Assembly: GCF_006345805.1 (NCBI RefSeq)
Contig: NC_043000.1
Coordinates: forward strand, 53,506,001 to 53,570,000
Origin: Octopus sinensis
Lineage: Eukaryota
Direction of reading: 5' to 3'
DNA length: 64,000 nucleotides
Positions 33,031 through 46,959 of this stretch are shown piece after piece. Made by a program: the position numbers and the translations under genes. The notes under the pieces were generated by a model that saw nothing but the letters and a program-made list of their open reading frames with translations, made no database searches and was not told the origin of the DNA. How positions within the stretch are numbered: position 1 is the first letter of the stretch; each line of letters opens with the position of its first letter.

Positions 33031-34644
33031 TAGAATAAGTACCAGACTTTTAAAACAAAGTACTGGGAGTTCAACTAAAAATCTTCAAAACAGTGCTCCA
33101 GCATGACCATTTTCCAGTGACTGAAACAAATAAAAATAAAATGAAATGGAGGTCTGGTTCTCTTCTCATAAGAGTTTTGTACCATTCTTTAAAGAGACAG
33201 TACCAAAGTCACATGTTAAATTTCATTGGTTGTTCTGTATGCTTTCTGTAGTTTTTGTAGTTTAACCTTTGGTCTACTCAGATCATACTAACCTACCATC
33301 AAAAGCATTCCAGCCATGGCCTTTCAGTCTTATTTTCAGACAGTATTATCCAATATAACCTGTCTTGTTCATAATACTGAGTTACGATTTGAGGAAAATT
33401 TGGTTACTATATCAAGCAGGCCAAGTAAGTGCTTAGAGACTGCCATCCTTTAGCTAAATTAACATCTGTAGTTGATAATGTTTCACGTTAATGACTTAGT
33501 GTCAAAGTGTCTTTCCTTTAAGAAACAGAGATCTTGATTTTGTTAATTACATCTCATTTATTTATTTCTCTTCTCATTTTTTATATACGCAACATTCTAG
33601 TTTATATTTTTCTCCTTTCTGGTTGATACTGAGAATTTGATCAATGGTATTATATTTTAACAAAATAAAAAAAGGTTCTAACCATATCTTTTGTTTTATT
33701 CATGAGTGGCTCTATTTCACTAAATGATGGATAAGATAAGACTATCAACATTTTATGGCTATGGAATATCTAATTCTTGGTTTTGTTTTAATTTTTCTAA
33801 TCATTTTAGTTTTTCTTTTTAAAAGCCTTTGTTTTTTCATATAAAAAATTTTAAACATATTTCAAGAATGTGTATTTATTATATTTTCTACTTTAAATAT
33901 ATGCTTATTTTCCAAAATAACCCCAAGCCATCTGTGCTCAAACAGATCTATAACCAAAAAGCATTCTAGTCATAATTATCTTGCATTTTCAAATATATTT
34001 TATCTCCAAGATTTAAGATATGAAAGAGATTCGACTGCTATTTCTAGGAAGTCAAGTGCTACCAGGAAATTTCCAAGTTGATTAATAAGAAAATAGTTAG
34101 TTTTGCAAGTTTAAGTGATGTTCGAATTTATTTTCCATGATTCTAGTGTGTGACAAAATATATATGCAATGGTAGATTCCTCTCTTAAAGACATTGTGAG
34201 CTCATGAAGAAATAGTATATGTAATCTGTGTGGGGGGTGTTTTGAAATCATGATTTTTTCTTACAAATCAAAACATTTAAAACAGAAATAATATTTATAT
34301 TTTAAACTTTTAGCATTTAAACTAGTCATATTGGGCCAAAATATTCTACTTATGTTCTGCATCTGGCCTCTCACAACTACACATTCTGAAAATAAACAAT
34401 CACTTCATTGAAATCTTGAGGCTATGGGATAATGCAGTATTAATTCAAAACAATGTGAATAAATAAGCATTATATTTGATGGAGTACTCTGATTGCTATA
34501 GAGTGAAATGCATTTTCAAAACAATCATTCACATATTTAAAATACAAATCAGATATATTTTACCAATGAGCAGAAAGCACAAGTTATAATGTGTCAGGGC
34601 CCAATATAAATTCTCTTGTATAATTCCTTGCTTCCTTTAATAAT

Positions 34645-34855
34645 GGTTTCAAATTTTGGCATAAGACTACCAATTTTCAGGGAGAGGGTAAGTTGATTAT
34701 ACCAATGACAGTGTTCAACTGGTACTTGTTTGCCTAATCCTGAAAGTATGAAGGGTAAAACCGGCCTTGGTGGAATTTGAACTCAGAACATAGAGAGCTG
34801 AAAGAAATACCTCTAAGCATTTTACCTGACATGGTAACAATTTTACCAGCTCATT
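34645..34855 (-). mobile_element. SINE family 2
   Basis: Similarity to 38663-38876 and the reverse complement of 47803-48000. Confidence 0.7.
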
Positions 34856-37552
34856 GATTTCTTGCCTCCTATAATAATAGCGATAAAAATTTGATATGGG
34901 TGTACTAATTCATACAAATGCCTAAAAAGAAGCACTACTCAATGGGATACTATCAGAAAATATGATAATAATCCACTATAGAAAATTAGCCACATTAGTT
35001 GTAAAGCTTCCTTGCAAAACATGATGTGTGGGTCAGTTATAAAACACCATTCAGTGAAAGAGGTACTAAACCACAAATACAAAAACTACTAGTCTAAAGA
35101 GTCTAAAGTAAAATTATATTTCAACTTCATGAACCAGTTTAGCTAATGAAGAATTTAAGTTTCATAGCATGAAATAAAATGGGCATGACAAATAAAGTGG
35201 TTTATTCAAGGATACAATACAATAGTTTTCATTATATTTCATTCCTGAGCATTGAGTTCAATAACCAGTTGGTTTTGCATATCAAAGCTGTTATATGGCT
35301 TTTCATTTTTAATTCAAATTAACTTTCAAACATTACATCATTCGTGTTTAGAATCTAGTTTAAAACTATTCAGTTAAATCTCTCTATATCTGAGAAGTAG
35401 CTTCAATCTTGGCATATAATTAAACGCAACATAACTGCTATATTTTCTTCTTATCTTCATTTTATTATCTTGTTTTAAAACTCATCACATCTTTGGATGT
35501 AATGACGTACAGAAGATACCTACATAGAAGATACCTTTATAGAAAGCTCAACTTCTAAAGAATATCAGTGAAAGAATTGAACAAAAAAATAATAATAAGT
35601 CACAAATTATTTCTTCATTATCAATGAGTAGGTGGCATGAAATATTTTGATCTAATATGAATGCAATAAAAGTTTTCTGGTCATCATTTCATAATAAGAT
35701 TATCTATCTATTCACATAAGAAGGCTTTCAAAGCAGATATTATTTTTCAGAAATTACAGCACAAAATTATTTAAGAATCTGCAATGAATAGCAAGTTCTA
35801 ATAAGATCCAAAATGCCAAAATATATTAAAAGTTTTGCTTCAGGTTTACATTTACGAATGTTTGAAATACTCTATAACTGAAGATGTAATTTAATTTATG
35901 TGAGATAAGATAGATCTCTAAAAAGCTATTAACAAAGACTTCATGTTATTTGATCTTTTGATCCCAGCGCAGTTTAGCTATAAAGAAAAGTTTATAAACT
36001 GCAAAACATTTACAAACTACGGTATTTCTAAATTACAAGTTAGATATAATTCTTGAAAAAAAAAAATCTTTGAAATTTAGCAGTTGTTCTGAATATATTC
36101 TCAAATATATTAGAATGAAAAATTAGATAACATGATATCTATGTTTCCTTGCTCATTTAGGGGTAAAATTAATTCATAGAAAGCCCAAATTACCTGTTAT
36201 ATTTTAGAAATATGCAATTAATAATACCAACAAGATATATGCTGAAAACTGGTTATCAACAGGATAAACAACCTCAACTAATGCTAACATTGTGGATGGA
36301 TTTGATGGTTAACTTATTCATTGAATCTCTCTCTCTCTCTCTCAGGCAGAAGAGAGTAATAACATTGGGTTATTTAATCTCTGAAAATATAAAAACTATT
36401 TATATATTTGTTTTATAGGTCTATGTCTCTACCTCTCTCTCTTTCTTCTTATCTCTTTCCCCTCTCTCTCTTCCTATCTCTCTCCCCTTTCCCTCTCTGT
36501 TTGTATAAGCACATACGTACACATATGATTATTGTGTACATAGTAATAAACAAAATCTTTTATCAATATCCTTCTTTTGCCCAATTTCTATGGGTAAAAC
36601 CTAGAGATCAACCAGCCCTTAAGTTAGATTAACACCATAACATTCATGCTCACATAGGCATATTTGGAGAAATATTTTTCTCATTCATACATTACATATA
36701 TGTGTGTGTGTGTGTGTATTTATGCATGTATCTATGTGTATATATATGTATGTGTGTATATATATATATGTATGTATGCATTTATGTATGCATATATATA
36801 TATATACACACACACACATACACAAATATATATATACATATGATGATGATGATGTGCATGTAATTATATATATATATATGTATATATACACACATACAAA
36901 CATGCCTCTATGATTTTCTCTTTTACTTCCTTTCTTGTGGTGGGTAGGGCCATACAAATGGAGTGACTATAATCAAGTGACTTCCTAGCAATATATTACT
37001 GATGCTTGTATTATTGACCCTTGAGGGATGAAATTGAAATTGGTTCCTGTGAGATCTTTTACTCAGAAGCTTGAGTCATGTGTATCACTGATGTAGACAC
37101 TTCAAACATTTTAATCACTGCAGATTTCACTGCATTATTGTCATATATAAATATTGCATGTTGGATATGAACTGCTTTCCAAATACATTCATTTATGTTT
37201 TCTTTATTTTCTTCCTGCAGTTGAGAGGCAATAATTGTAAATGCCAACTTGTTATTGCATTTGAGGTTACAGCTATTATTGTTGTTGTTTAAATTCAGAT
37301 TATCCCTTTTCAAACTGATTTATAATCAAAGATGATCCTACTGTAACCCTCACTTCCTTTTTCAGACTTAGTGTGCCCAGGAATATAATATCTAATATGG
37401 ATTTCCCTTTTTAAGAAAGAGTTTGATTTGACTTGATTTGAAAGGGATTTGACTGCTATGTCTAGAAGTTTAGTGATTTACACTTGGCTTTAGAAACCTC
37501 TAGCAGAGCCCACTTTGCTATGATCATTCTGGTCATATCTCCAATCAGGAGA

Positions 37553-37990
37553 TACTTGTACTTGTACTTGTGATGGCATTCACCCAGGACGGTTGAGCTG
37601 GCTTCTTCTCTGTTTCTAACAGCATCATGAACCATGGCGGCCCACACTCGATGGTCCTGTGCGAGATCACTGGAGATAGCAAGCCATTCACGGTTCCAAC
37701 TGCGCAGACCAACTATGCGTGGACCTGAGAGTTCAGAGAAGTTCTCATTTATCGTTGTTGTGCAGGTCTTCAGCTGCCTGCCCGCACCTTTGTGCCAGCT
37801 GGGAAGTGGAGGTGGGAGGAGGACATCGCGAATCAGCTTACTCTCTGGACACCGGGCCGCATGACCAAACCACCTTATGTGCCGTTGTAGAAGCACTGAA
37901 GGGCAGGGCCAGAGATTCAAGTGACGACGAAGACTGGCTGTAGTTTTAGAAGCCCTGAAACAGATTATGGGCAGTGTTCTTTGTCCTCTC
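37553..37990 (-). mobile_element. RTE-clade LINE 3' fragment with (CAAGTA)n tail
   Basis: ORF 37462-37992 contains LLQRHIRWFGHAAR...RQLKT...LAQDHRVWAAMV, typical of an RTE ORF2 C-terminus. Confidence 0.85.
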
Positions 37991-38074
37991 ATGAAGTTGT
38001 TATAAAATATGTAAAGAGCAGATATTTTAAGGTTACATTTAGTTTGAAAATAATTGAAGAATTTTATACTTGGT

Positions 38075-38345
38075 CACAGGTATAGTTGTGTGGTTACACA
38101 GCTTGCTTTGCAACCACATGGTTTTGGGTTCAGTACCACTGCACAGCAACTTAAATGAGTGTCTTATACTATATCTCAAAGCTGATCAATGCCTTGTTTG
38201 TGAATTTGGTAGATGGAAAATGTTTGAGACCCTGTTGTGTGTGTGTGCATGTGTGTGTGTGTGTTTTCGCCCAAGGGACTAAAAATCTTTCAACATAGTG
38301 CCCCAGCATGGCCACAGTTCAATGACTGAATCAAGTAAAAGATAA
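38075..38345 (+). mobile_element. SINE family 1, diverged with internal deletion
   Basis: Similarity to other copies. Confidence 0.75.
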
Positions 38346-38662
38346 AGATTAAAAATGATGACTTAGCAATTTTATTGGAGCATTGGATAAAATGCTTTGT
38401 GGTATATGCTCCTACCCTCTGTGCCCCGAGTTCAAATACAAGTGGAGGTCAAGTGTGGCTTTGGTTCTTTCAAGGTTGATAATTCAAGTAACTACTCAGG
38501 GCAGTGGATTAGCAGAATTATACGTCTCTTAGTAACTCTTAAAGCTCTATCTGTGTGTCACTCAAATTGTGCTTCTTATCACATCCTCCATATGGTTCAA
38601 AACAGGGTTTCAGGACCTCTGTAAGTGTGATATGCTCTCACTATCAGATGAAGTGAAATACT

Positions 38663-38876
38663 GATTTCAAATTTTGATTCAAGGCCAGGAAGTTTGGAGA
38701 AGGGGTAAGTCTATTTCATTGACCCCAATCCTCTACTGGTATTTATTTCATCAACCCTGAAAGGATAAAAGGCAAAGTCAACCTTAGTGGCATTTGAACT
38801 CAGAACATAAAGATTGGAAAAATGCCGCTAAACATTTTTACCCAGCATGCTAAAAATTCTGCCAGCTTGCTGCCTT
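38663..38876 (-). mobile_element. SINE family 2
   Basis: Contains the reverse complement of the central GACTTTGCCTTTTATCCTTTCAGGGTTGATGAAATAAATACCAG segment and head. Confidence 0.8.
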
Positions 38877-38994
38877 GATGAAGTGATAAATTGATGGAAA
38901 TAAAATATTAGTTACATCACTATCCATAAACAAAAAATCGAAAATCTGCACCAAGATAAGATAGACATATGGTTACAATACAAAACCAGTATTT

Positions 38995-39297
38995 CAGTTC
39001 TATATTTAAGAAATGAGGAATTATGTATATTATTTACATTATTTACAATTGATGGATATTTGTCCTCATCTTGTTTATTGTTAACACAACGTTTCAGCTG
39101 ATATACCCTCCAGCCTTCATCAGGAATCTAGGGGAAATTTCGAACCTGGGTTCTTATTCCTAAGGTATTTTTCGATGTTGTTGTTGTTGTTGTTATTATT
39201 ATTATTATTATTCAGGCTGGCCACTACCTGGAATCGAACTCGGAATCTTATGGTTAGTAGCCCATGCTCTTAACAACAACGCCATATGCCTGTGGGC
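38995..39297 (-). mobile_element. tRNA-headed short element ending in a hammerhead-containing Penelope-like tail
   Basis: Minus strand: GGCATATGGCGTTGTTGTTAAGAGCATGGGCTACTAACC...GAGTTCGATTCCAGG (tRNA-like A/B boxes), then (AAT)n, then CTGATGAAGGCTG...CAGCTGAAACGTTGTGTT. Confidence 0.75.
39083..39128 (-). ncRNA. Minimal type I hammerhead motif (core intact, helix I weakened)
   Basis: GAUUC-CUGAUGA-A-GGCUG-GAGGGUAUAU-CAGCU-GAAAC-GUU-GUGUU. Confidence 0.6.
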
Positions 39298-39311
39298 TTT
39301 CCAGGTAGTGA

Positions 39312-39373
<62 letters not shown>

Positions 39374-39546
39374 TAATAATAATAATAAATACAAGAACAA
39401 CATCAAAAAATACCTTAGAAATGAGAACCCAAGTTCAAAATTTCCTCAAGACACCTGATGAAGGCTGGAGGGCATATCAGCCAAAACGTTGTGTTAACAA
39501 CAAACAAGATGAGGACAAATATCCGTCAATTGTAAATAATGTAAAT
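39298..39546 (+). mobile_element. Inverted, 5'-truncated second copy of the same element
   Basis: Reverse complement of 39030-39230; begins within the B-box region (TTCCAGGTAGTGACCTGAAT). Confidence 0.8.
39450..39495 (+). ncRNA. Minimal type I hammerhead motif (helix I intact, G12 changed to A)
   Basis: GACAC-CUGAUGA-A-GGCUG-GAGGGCAUAU-CAGCC-AAAAC-GUU-GUGUU. Confidence 0.55.
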
Positions 39547-39660
39547 AAAACCAATATTTGTTTATTACACAGGAAAAGCTACATACATTTTTATTTATAG
39601 TGGGTTGAAGCCATAATTATCTCAGTCTACAATTATAGTAGCTGTAATATCCACATTGCT

Positions 39661-39918
39661 TTAATCCTTTAGCATTCAAGTTACTCTGTTAAATCCAGTG
39701 CTTATTAGTTCAATTGTTTTTAATTAGTCATGCATTATCATGTAGCTTCGAGATTTTGATGCTGTGATTATTTTTGGAATGACATTGGAGGCTAAGTGTG
39801 AGAGGCTGAATCTGTCTGGTTTGAACATAAAACAGGTAGAATATTTGGGCCATTTATGAACATAAAACAGGTAGAATATTTGGGCCAGTTATGGTTGGTT
39901 TTAATGTTAAAGGGTCAA
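39661..39918. mobile_element. piggyBac-like MITE (related pieces at ~32760-32900 and ~34300-34505)
   Basis: TTAA-flanked imperfect TIRs TTAATCCTTTAGCATT / AATGTTAAAGGGTCAA; internal ~30 bp direct repeat GAACATAAAACAGGTAGAATATTTGGGCCA. Confidence 0.65.
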
Positions 39919-40439
39919 GAAGGTATTAAATCAAACCCAATACTCAAGCAGTAATTTATTTTATTTCATTTCACCTTTAAAGGATGAAAGGAATAGCTGA
40001 CCACTCTTGGATTTGTAACCAGAAGGTAAATGACTAAGATGAAATGTGAGAAGTATTTTGTAGGTGCTGTTGATACTCCAAGACTGGCACTTCATCAACC
40101 CAGAAGGGTAAGTAATTATGATAACTTTCGATGAAATGTGACTCACAATGTAAAGGGACATAACACTATGCTTGCAAAGTATTTCATCTGATATTATTAA
40201 TTTTGTAAGTCATTTTCTATCATTTTTTAATGAAAAGGGCAGGGGTGAGATGGTAAAAATTTAACGATTCCCCTAATTCATATTTTAATACCTCGCCACA
40301 CAGAGTAGAAATCAGATGTTCAGATAAGCAACTCTGTTTTCCAACCTAGCAAACATATAGAACCTCTTTTACGGTGCAAATTAAAATTACTTTATTATTT
40401 CATTTCATTATCTATGTAAACACAGTTTTGTCTTCCATG

Positions 40440-41435
40440 GTGTCAAAGGGCCTCTCACTCAGAGTAAAAGGTAGACTATATGACACATGTGTGCAAATAG
40501 CTATATGGCAGTGAAACATGGGCCGTGATTGCCGAGGAAATTCATAAGCTTGCAAGAAATGAAGCTAGTATGCTCTGCTGGATGTGTAATATCAGTATGC
40601 ATGTACGACAGAGTGTAAGCACCCTGAGAGAAAAGTTGGACCTAAGAAGCATCAGATGTGGTGTGCAAGAGAGACAGCTGTGCTGGTTTGGTCATGTGTT
40701 GCATATGGATGATGACAGCTGTGAGAAAAAGTGTCACCCGAGAAGTAGAGGGAACCTGTAGAAGAGGTAGGCTCAGGAAGACTTGGGATGAGGTGGTGAA
40801 GCATGAATTTCAAATGTTGGGCCTCTTGGAGGCAATGACGAATGACCAAGATCTTTGGAGATACACTGTGCTTGAGAAGACCCAGTAGGCCAAGTGAGAC
40901 CATAACCAGGACCTATGCCAGTGCAGCATAACTGGCCCATTTAAGAGTACCCTTTAATCATTGGGCAATAAACTGTGCCTGCAAAGATCTATTGAATCAA
41001 GTGAAGTTGCAAGTACCATCTGACTGGCACCTGAACTGGTGGCATGTAGAAAGTACTATTTGAGCATGGTCGATGCCAATGCTGCCTGACTGGTCCCATG
41101 CTGGTGGCACGTAAGAAGCACCATTCAAGCATGGTCATTGCCAGTCCCAGCTGAGTGGCTCTGATGCTGGTGGTATGTAAAAAGCACCATTCAAGCATGG
41201 TCGATGCCATTACTGCCTGACTGGCCTTCATGCCAGTGGCACATAAAAATCACCCACTACACTCTCAAAGTGGTTGGTGTTAGGAAGGGCATCCAGCTGT
41301 AGAAACACTGCCAGATCAGACTGGAACCTGGTACAGCCTTCTAGCTTGCCAGTCCTCAGTCAAACTGTCCAACCTATGCCAGCATGGAAAGCAGATGTTA
41401 AACAACAATGATGATGATAATGATGATGATGATAA
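40440..41435 (+). mobile_element. RTE-clade LINE 3' part (ORF2 C-terminus, 3' UTR, (GAT)n tail)
   Basis: YGSETWA...RNEASMLCWMCN...WFGHVLHMDDD...GRLRKTWDEVVK...DLWRYTVLEKTQ across frameshifts. Confidence 0.92.
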
Positions 41436-41786
41436 TAATGACTACTACTTTTTTTTTTATAAAACTTTGAAACATAGGCACAAGGCTTTAAATGAAGAAG
41501 ATGGTTTTAGTCATTTATATCGACTGCAGAACTCAATGGGCACATTATTTTATGGATCATATAAGGATCAAAGCATAGCTGAACTAGGTGGGAATTGAAT
41601 AAAAAATACAAAGAAGCAGGAAAGACACAGCAAGATATTTTAATGTTTCTTCAAATCATGCTGCTATTAATAAGTTAATATTGATAAAGTTAACTGATAG
41701 CATGTTGTTTACAAAAACAAACACATTAACTCTAAATATTGGAAAGTAACTAATCTTGCTTTGGAAATGCATCTAAAGCTGTCACA

Positions 41787-42201
41787 TACTCTTTTTTTAC
41801 TCTTTTTACTTGTTTCAGTCATTTGACTGTGGCCATGCTGGAGCACCGCCTTTAGTCGAGCAACTCGACCCCGGGACTTATTTTTTGTAAGCCCAGTACT
41901 TATTCTATCAGTCTCTTTTGCCGAACCGCTTAGTGACGGGGACATAAGCACACCAGCATCAGTTGTCAAGCAATGCTAGGGGAACAAACACAGACACACA
42001 AACATATTCACACACACTTATATATATATACATATATACGACAGGCTTCTTTCAGTTTCCGTCTACCAAATCCACTCACAAGGCATTTGTCGGCCCGGGG
42101 CTATAGCAGAAGACACTTGCCCAAGATGCCACGCAGTGGGACTGAACCCGGAACCATGTGGTTGGTTAGCAAGCTACTTACCAAACAGCCACTCTTGCGC
42201 C
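41787..42201 (-). mobile_element. SINE family 1, full length
   Basis: Similarity to other copies. Confidence 0.9.
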
Positions 42202-43479
42202 TATACTGATAATGTTCTGATTCAATCCGTACTTTATTCATATTTAATGAATTTTTATCAGTTGTTAAGGCATGTATCCTAGTAGTTAGAGGGCTGTGAT
42301 CATAATCGTAAGGGCAAGGGTTCGATTCCTGGACAAGGCAGCACATTCACTGGATTGCATATTGACTGGGCAGTTCTTGTACAAAGTACTTCAATTCACA
42401 TCGCTCCAGTTTATTCATCTGTAATGAGTACCACCTGGGCACTAAGCATACTATATGTTCTGCTGAGTGATTGATGACCTGGTACTCCGTTGGTTATGAG
42501 AACCAGTATTCCATTTGATTTCATCAATGGAACAGCCTGATCATGAAAATAACAGGCAAGGGACTGATCACTCCACAATTAGACATACACTAAATGTAGT
42601 GTCTGTGATTCAGCATGGCACAGAATATGACAATACTGGCCATTTTGAATTACAGATACATTCATGGACCTTAGGATCACGAGCTGAATACCCTAAACAC
42701 TAAGACACATACCTGAGTGAAGGTTAAAGGGATAGAGAAGGTGACTAGCTTATGACTACATAATCAACTAACACAATTAGCAAATGCATGGCATATGCTA
42801 CCAATTACATTGTCTCACTAGCTGCACTTTAAAAATTCTGGGCTGTTTCCTCCTGACTTTATTCAAACCATATCTACATTTTTGACTGCTATTACCTATT
42901 CACAATTTATTTTTCACATAATTAATGATAATTTTAAATAATTAAAATTTCTTGGCTTACTACATTAAGTATGATAAGGCTGAATTTTCTTTTAATATTA
43001 AGTCATAGATTTTACGTAATCAAAAAGAGTAAACATGCATCTAAATTTAACTTCCTATCACCTTCACAGAGTATTTTAGTTAAAACAACACAAATCTTAT
43101 GTAAACTGATACTTAAAAAAAGCTGATAAAATGAAATTTAATTTCAATTTTTCCATATATTTTCAAAAGATTTCTTATTGAATCAGCGCATCTTTTATAT
43201 TTCTTTGCTTTCTTCAGGTATATTAAATTTGTGATTATTTTATATATTTAAAACATTTAACTGTAGATTTTCATGCTCAGAGCAAAACATTTTAAATAGT
43301 TTCAACTTTTATAACGTTTTCTACATTAAACAGTTTTCAATTCTCTCTCCCTTTGAACTATGGTTTCTTATAACTCCTTATTAATTCTATAAAATGTAGA
43401 TACCATTTGTGTAATGCTATTATAAATTCCTTCTCTCTTTTTTTCTCCTCTATCTCATATATGCACGTGTATAAATACA

Positions 43480-43485
43480 AATTAC

Positions 43486-43583
<98 letters not shown>

Positions 43584-43801
43584 CATGATAAATATATATG
43601 ACATATATGCATAATATATATGTATGATATTTGAATACATATATATATATATATATGTATGTATGTATGTACATATGTATCTGTATGCATAGATATATGT
43701 ATATGTATACATATACATACATATACATACATATATATATATGATGTATGTATGTATGTACATATGTATCTGTATGCATAGATATATGTATATGTATACA
43801 T

Positions 43802-43842
<41 letters not shown>

Positions 43843-43885
43843 CATGTATATATATATATATATACATACATATACATATACTTAT

Positions 43886-43948
<63 letters not shown>

Positions 43949-44130
43949 TACATACACACACTCAGGCACACACACACATATATATATACACATACATACA
44001 TATATATTTAAATATACACATATATATGCATACATATATACAGAGGGGCAATTATGTGGATAAACAAATTAGATACATCAAATATATGAATAGATAGATA
44101 AATATATATATAAATATATATATATATAGA
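43480..44130. repeat. Long compound (TA)n/(TATG)n/(CATA)n low-complexity tract
   Basis: Seen directly; source of several spurious YIYI ORFs. Confidence 0.95.
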
Positions 44131-44308
44131 TAAGCGGTACAACAAGGCACCAATATTTACTGGAAAATAGCAATCGATACAAATACGACGCTATTGTATA
44201 GTTTCACTGCGTATTTACTTGCAAAGTCGTGTGTGTGCAACAAACAGGAAAAATTTGTCTTATCTCTAGGAAGAACATTCGATAAATGGACAACCTATAA
44301 TCGGATAA

Positions 44309-44377
44309 TGCAATACCGGTTTCTAACTCGTCAAATATGTTTGACAATGTAAATTTGATCAGTCTTCATCAGCTGCA
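44309..44377 (-). ncRNA. Hammerhead-like motif with imperfect helix II closure
   Basis: UGCAG-CUGAUGA-A-GACU...AGUU-A-GAAA-C-CG-G-UA-UUGCA. Confidence 0.45.
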
Positions 44378-44834
44378 TTTACCTAGAAAATATTTCAAAT
44401 GTTGCTACATCAATGCCAGAATACTTGCCTGTATGCCTATCCATTAACAGAACGAGAGCAGTGAAGGACCTTTCAATGAAAATAATAATGCAATACAAAT
44501 GTATTACTTTCCAGTAAAATAAAGCCCTTTGTGGAAACAAACATGTTTGTGCATGAGAAAAATATTACCTTGCTTGAAAATAAGTAATAGTTAATGACAA
44601 GAAGTTCATCTGGCCTTAAAAAATGTCCTTCATCTGACCCATGCAAGCATGGAAAAATATACAGATGCTAAAGCAATAATCATGTATTGACTATGGTATT
44701 CATAACTCTGTGTGTGTATTGTTGTTTGTGAACTTAAATACAGTTTAGTCTGGGGAGTATTATAGCAGGAAACTGTGGTCCTTCAGTAACTTATGTAGTT
44801 CCACAACAAGTAAATAAGAAATATATATAATATA

Positions 44835-44868
<34 letters not shown>

Positions 44869-44877
44869 AGAGTATAT

Positions 44878-44909
<32 letters not shown>

Positions 44910-44911
<2 letters not shown>

Positions 44912-45275
44912 CTCTTTTACTTGTTTTGGTCATTTGACTGCAGCCATGCTGGAGCACCACCTTTAGTCCAGCAAATCGACCCCAGGACTTATTTTTTGTC
45001 AGCTTAGTACTTATTCTATTGGTCTCTTTTGCTGAACCACTAAGTTACTGGGACATAAACACACCAGCATCAGTTGTCAAGCAATGTTGGGGGTACAAAC
45101 GTAGATGCACAAACACACACACACATATCTATACATATACATATATACAATGGGCGTCTTTCAGTTTCCATCTACCAAATCCACTCACAAGGCTTTGGTT
45201 GGCCTGAGGCTATAGTAGAAGACACTTGCCCAAGGTGCCATGCAGTGGGACTGAACACACAGCCACTCCTGCGCC
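44910..45275 (-). mobile_element. SINE family 1, head partly deleted
   Basis: Similarity to other copies. Confidence 0.85.
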
Positions 45276-45295
45276 TATATATTTTATATATAAGA

Positions 45296-45345
<50 letters not shown>

Positions 45346-46959
45346 CAGAGAGAGAGAGAGAAAGGGAAACTGAGAGATAAATAAAGATAGATAGATAGAT
45401 AGATAGATATGCAAAGATATATTACATATTTATAAATCATGAGTTAAAATCTTTTTGAGAAATTCTATTCATTTAGAAGAAAGAGCACTACTCTCAGCCC
45501 AGTACCTGGCCCCAAATAACAGTTTTAAAATCAAAATAGGAAAATTATAATGTGCAATAGGTTAACATCCTATTTGGAGCAAATTTAACTTCTCAACTTT
45601 ATAGACTCTGGTCTTTATCATTATCTTGCTTATTTTTATAGTCTCTTGGCAAATATATTGGTGATATCAATAAATCTTCATTGCAATATAATATTTAATT
45701 CAATGTAAATAGACTGGATGGCAGTTCAATCCACTAACATTTGAATTATAGATAATTTCCTTTTTTCTTGTTTTGTTTTGTTAGTAAGATATCTTAGCTA
45801 TTATCACAAACACAAAAAGTATTTTAAACAAACTTAGTCACAATTCTTTATCTAAGAATAAATCACTTCTTTATTGACTTTTGGCATCTTGATTTTATAG
45901 GTTTTCATCAGTAACAATTTCATAAGAATAAGATTTTATTATTTGGCTGCTCCATCTGCATCCTTTAACCATATCAATGTCCCTCCCGACCAGATGAACT
46001 GAAATGCAGTAACATTATATGCACTCAGACATAGAGAATACATTTTGTGATTGGATAGGCTTCAGAATGGGAAGCATGTACTTTTGGATTATGCAAAATC
46101 AAGCATTTACTGCTATTTATCACAGTATTGATTGATTGACTGCTTTGTGAAAGTATTGCATCCTTATAATAGGATATTGATTGTTAGAGATATAGTATTT
46201 CTAATGACACTTTGGCTTCATTCTAAGATGGAACTTATTGTGACAGCTATTACACTCACCTACGGAAATAGGTATTTGATACTTTTAAAATTAATCAAAG
46301 TTGACAGTTTGCCATTCTCTGATTTTTCTTAACCTTATTGAACATAATCTCCATTACTTACATTGTACTGGATTATATCTACTTAAGTAATCTGCCGTGT
46401 AGACAGCATAATTTTATCATTGCTATGTTTGCTGCAGGAATATCATTCTTCTGTAGTATATATCATTAAACAATATCAATACTGTAAAGAAATTGTTTTT
46501 ACTGTTACTTTGAATAAACCAGAAACTACTTTGTCTTTGTAGTACAACTTGTGCCACTCAAGAACAAAAACTCTAACTTATGGTAAAGAGAGCAGTAGAA
46601 GTAGAACCAACAAACTATAAACGCTTCATCATTGTTACCATCGTTGCATCATCATCTTGGTTAAATAGAATATACATTTGGGCTATTGCCTAGTATCAGT
46701 CACTGAACTACTGTTACATTGGCATACCATGCCTACAGGATATAGCTGATTATATTGAACCCACGGCTAATTAATTAATTAAGTCAGATAATTTCAAGTT
46801 TAACATAGGCATACTTACAATTTTAACCTTACTACAAAATGTAAGCATATCTACATACACACACACATCTGTGGGCAGAAAATGTTTTGAGAACTACTGT
46901 GGTTAATTTCATCTTGTTTTGGCTAATATTGACTTTATACCTGCATTAAGCATTGTCTA

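Noticed and set aside
39222-39297. Functional tRNA gene
   Set aside because: Degenerate D-arm and no proper acceptor stem; it is the head of a repeated element. The same applies to other SINE heads.
40063-40106. Plus-strand exon with strong AG/GTAAGT sites
   Set aside because: Overlaps sequence resembling a decayed family 2 SINE.
43407-44097. Long [12 protein letters not shown] ORFs here and throughout the window
   Set aside because: Translations of (TA)n, (TG)n and (CA)n tracts.
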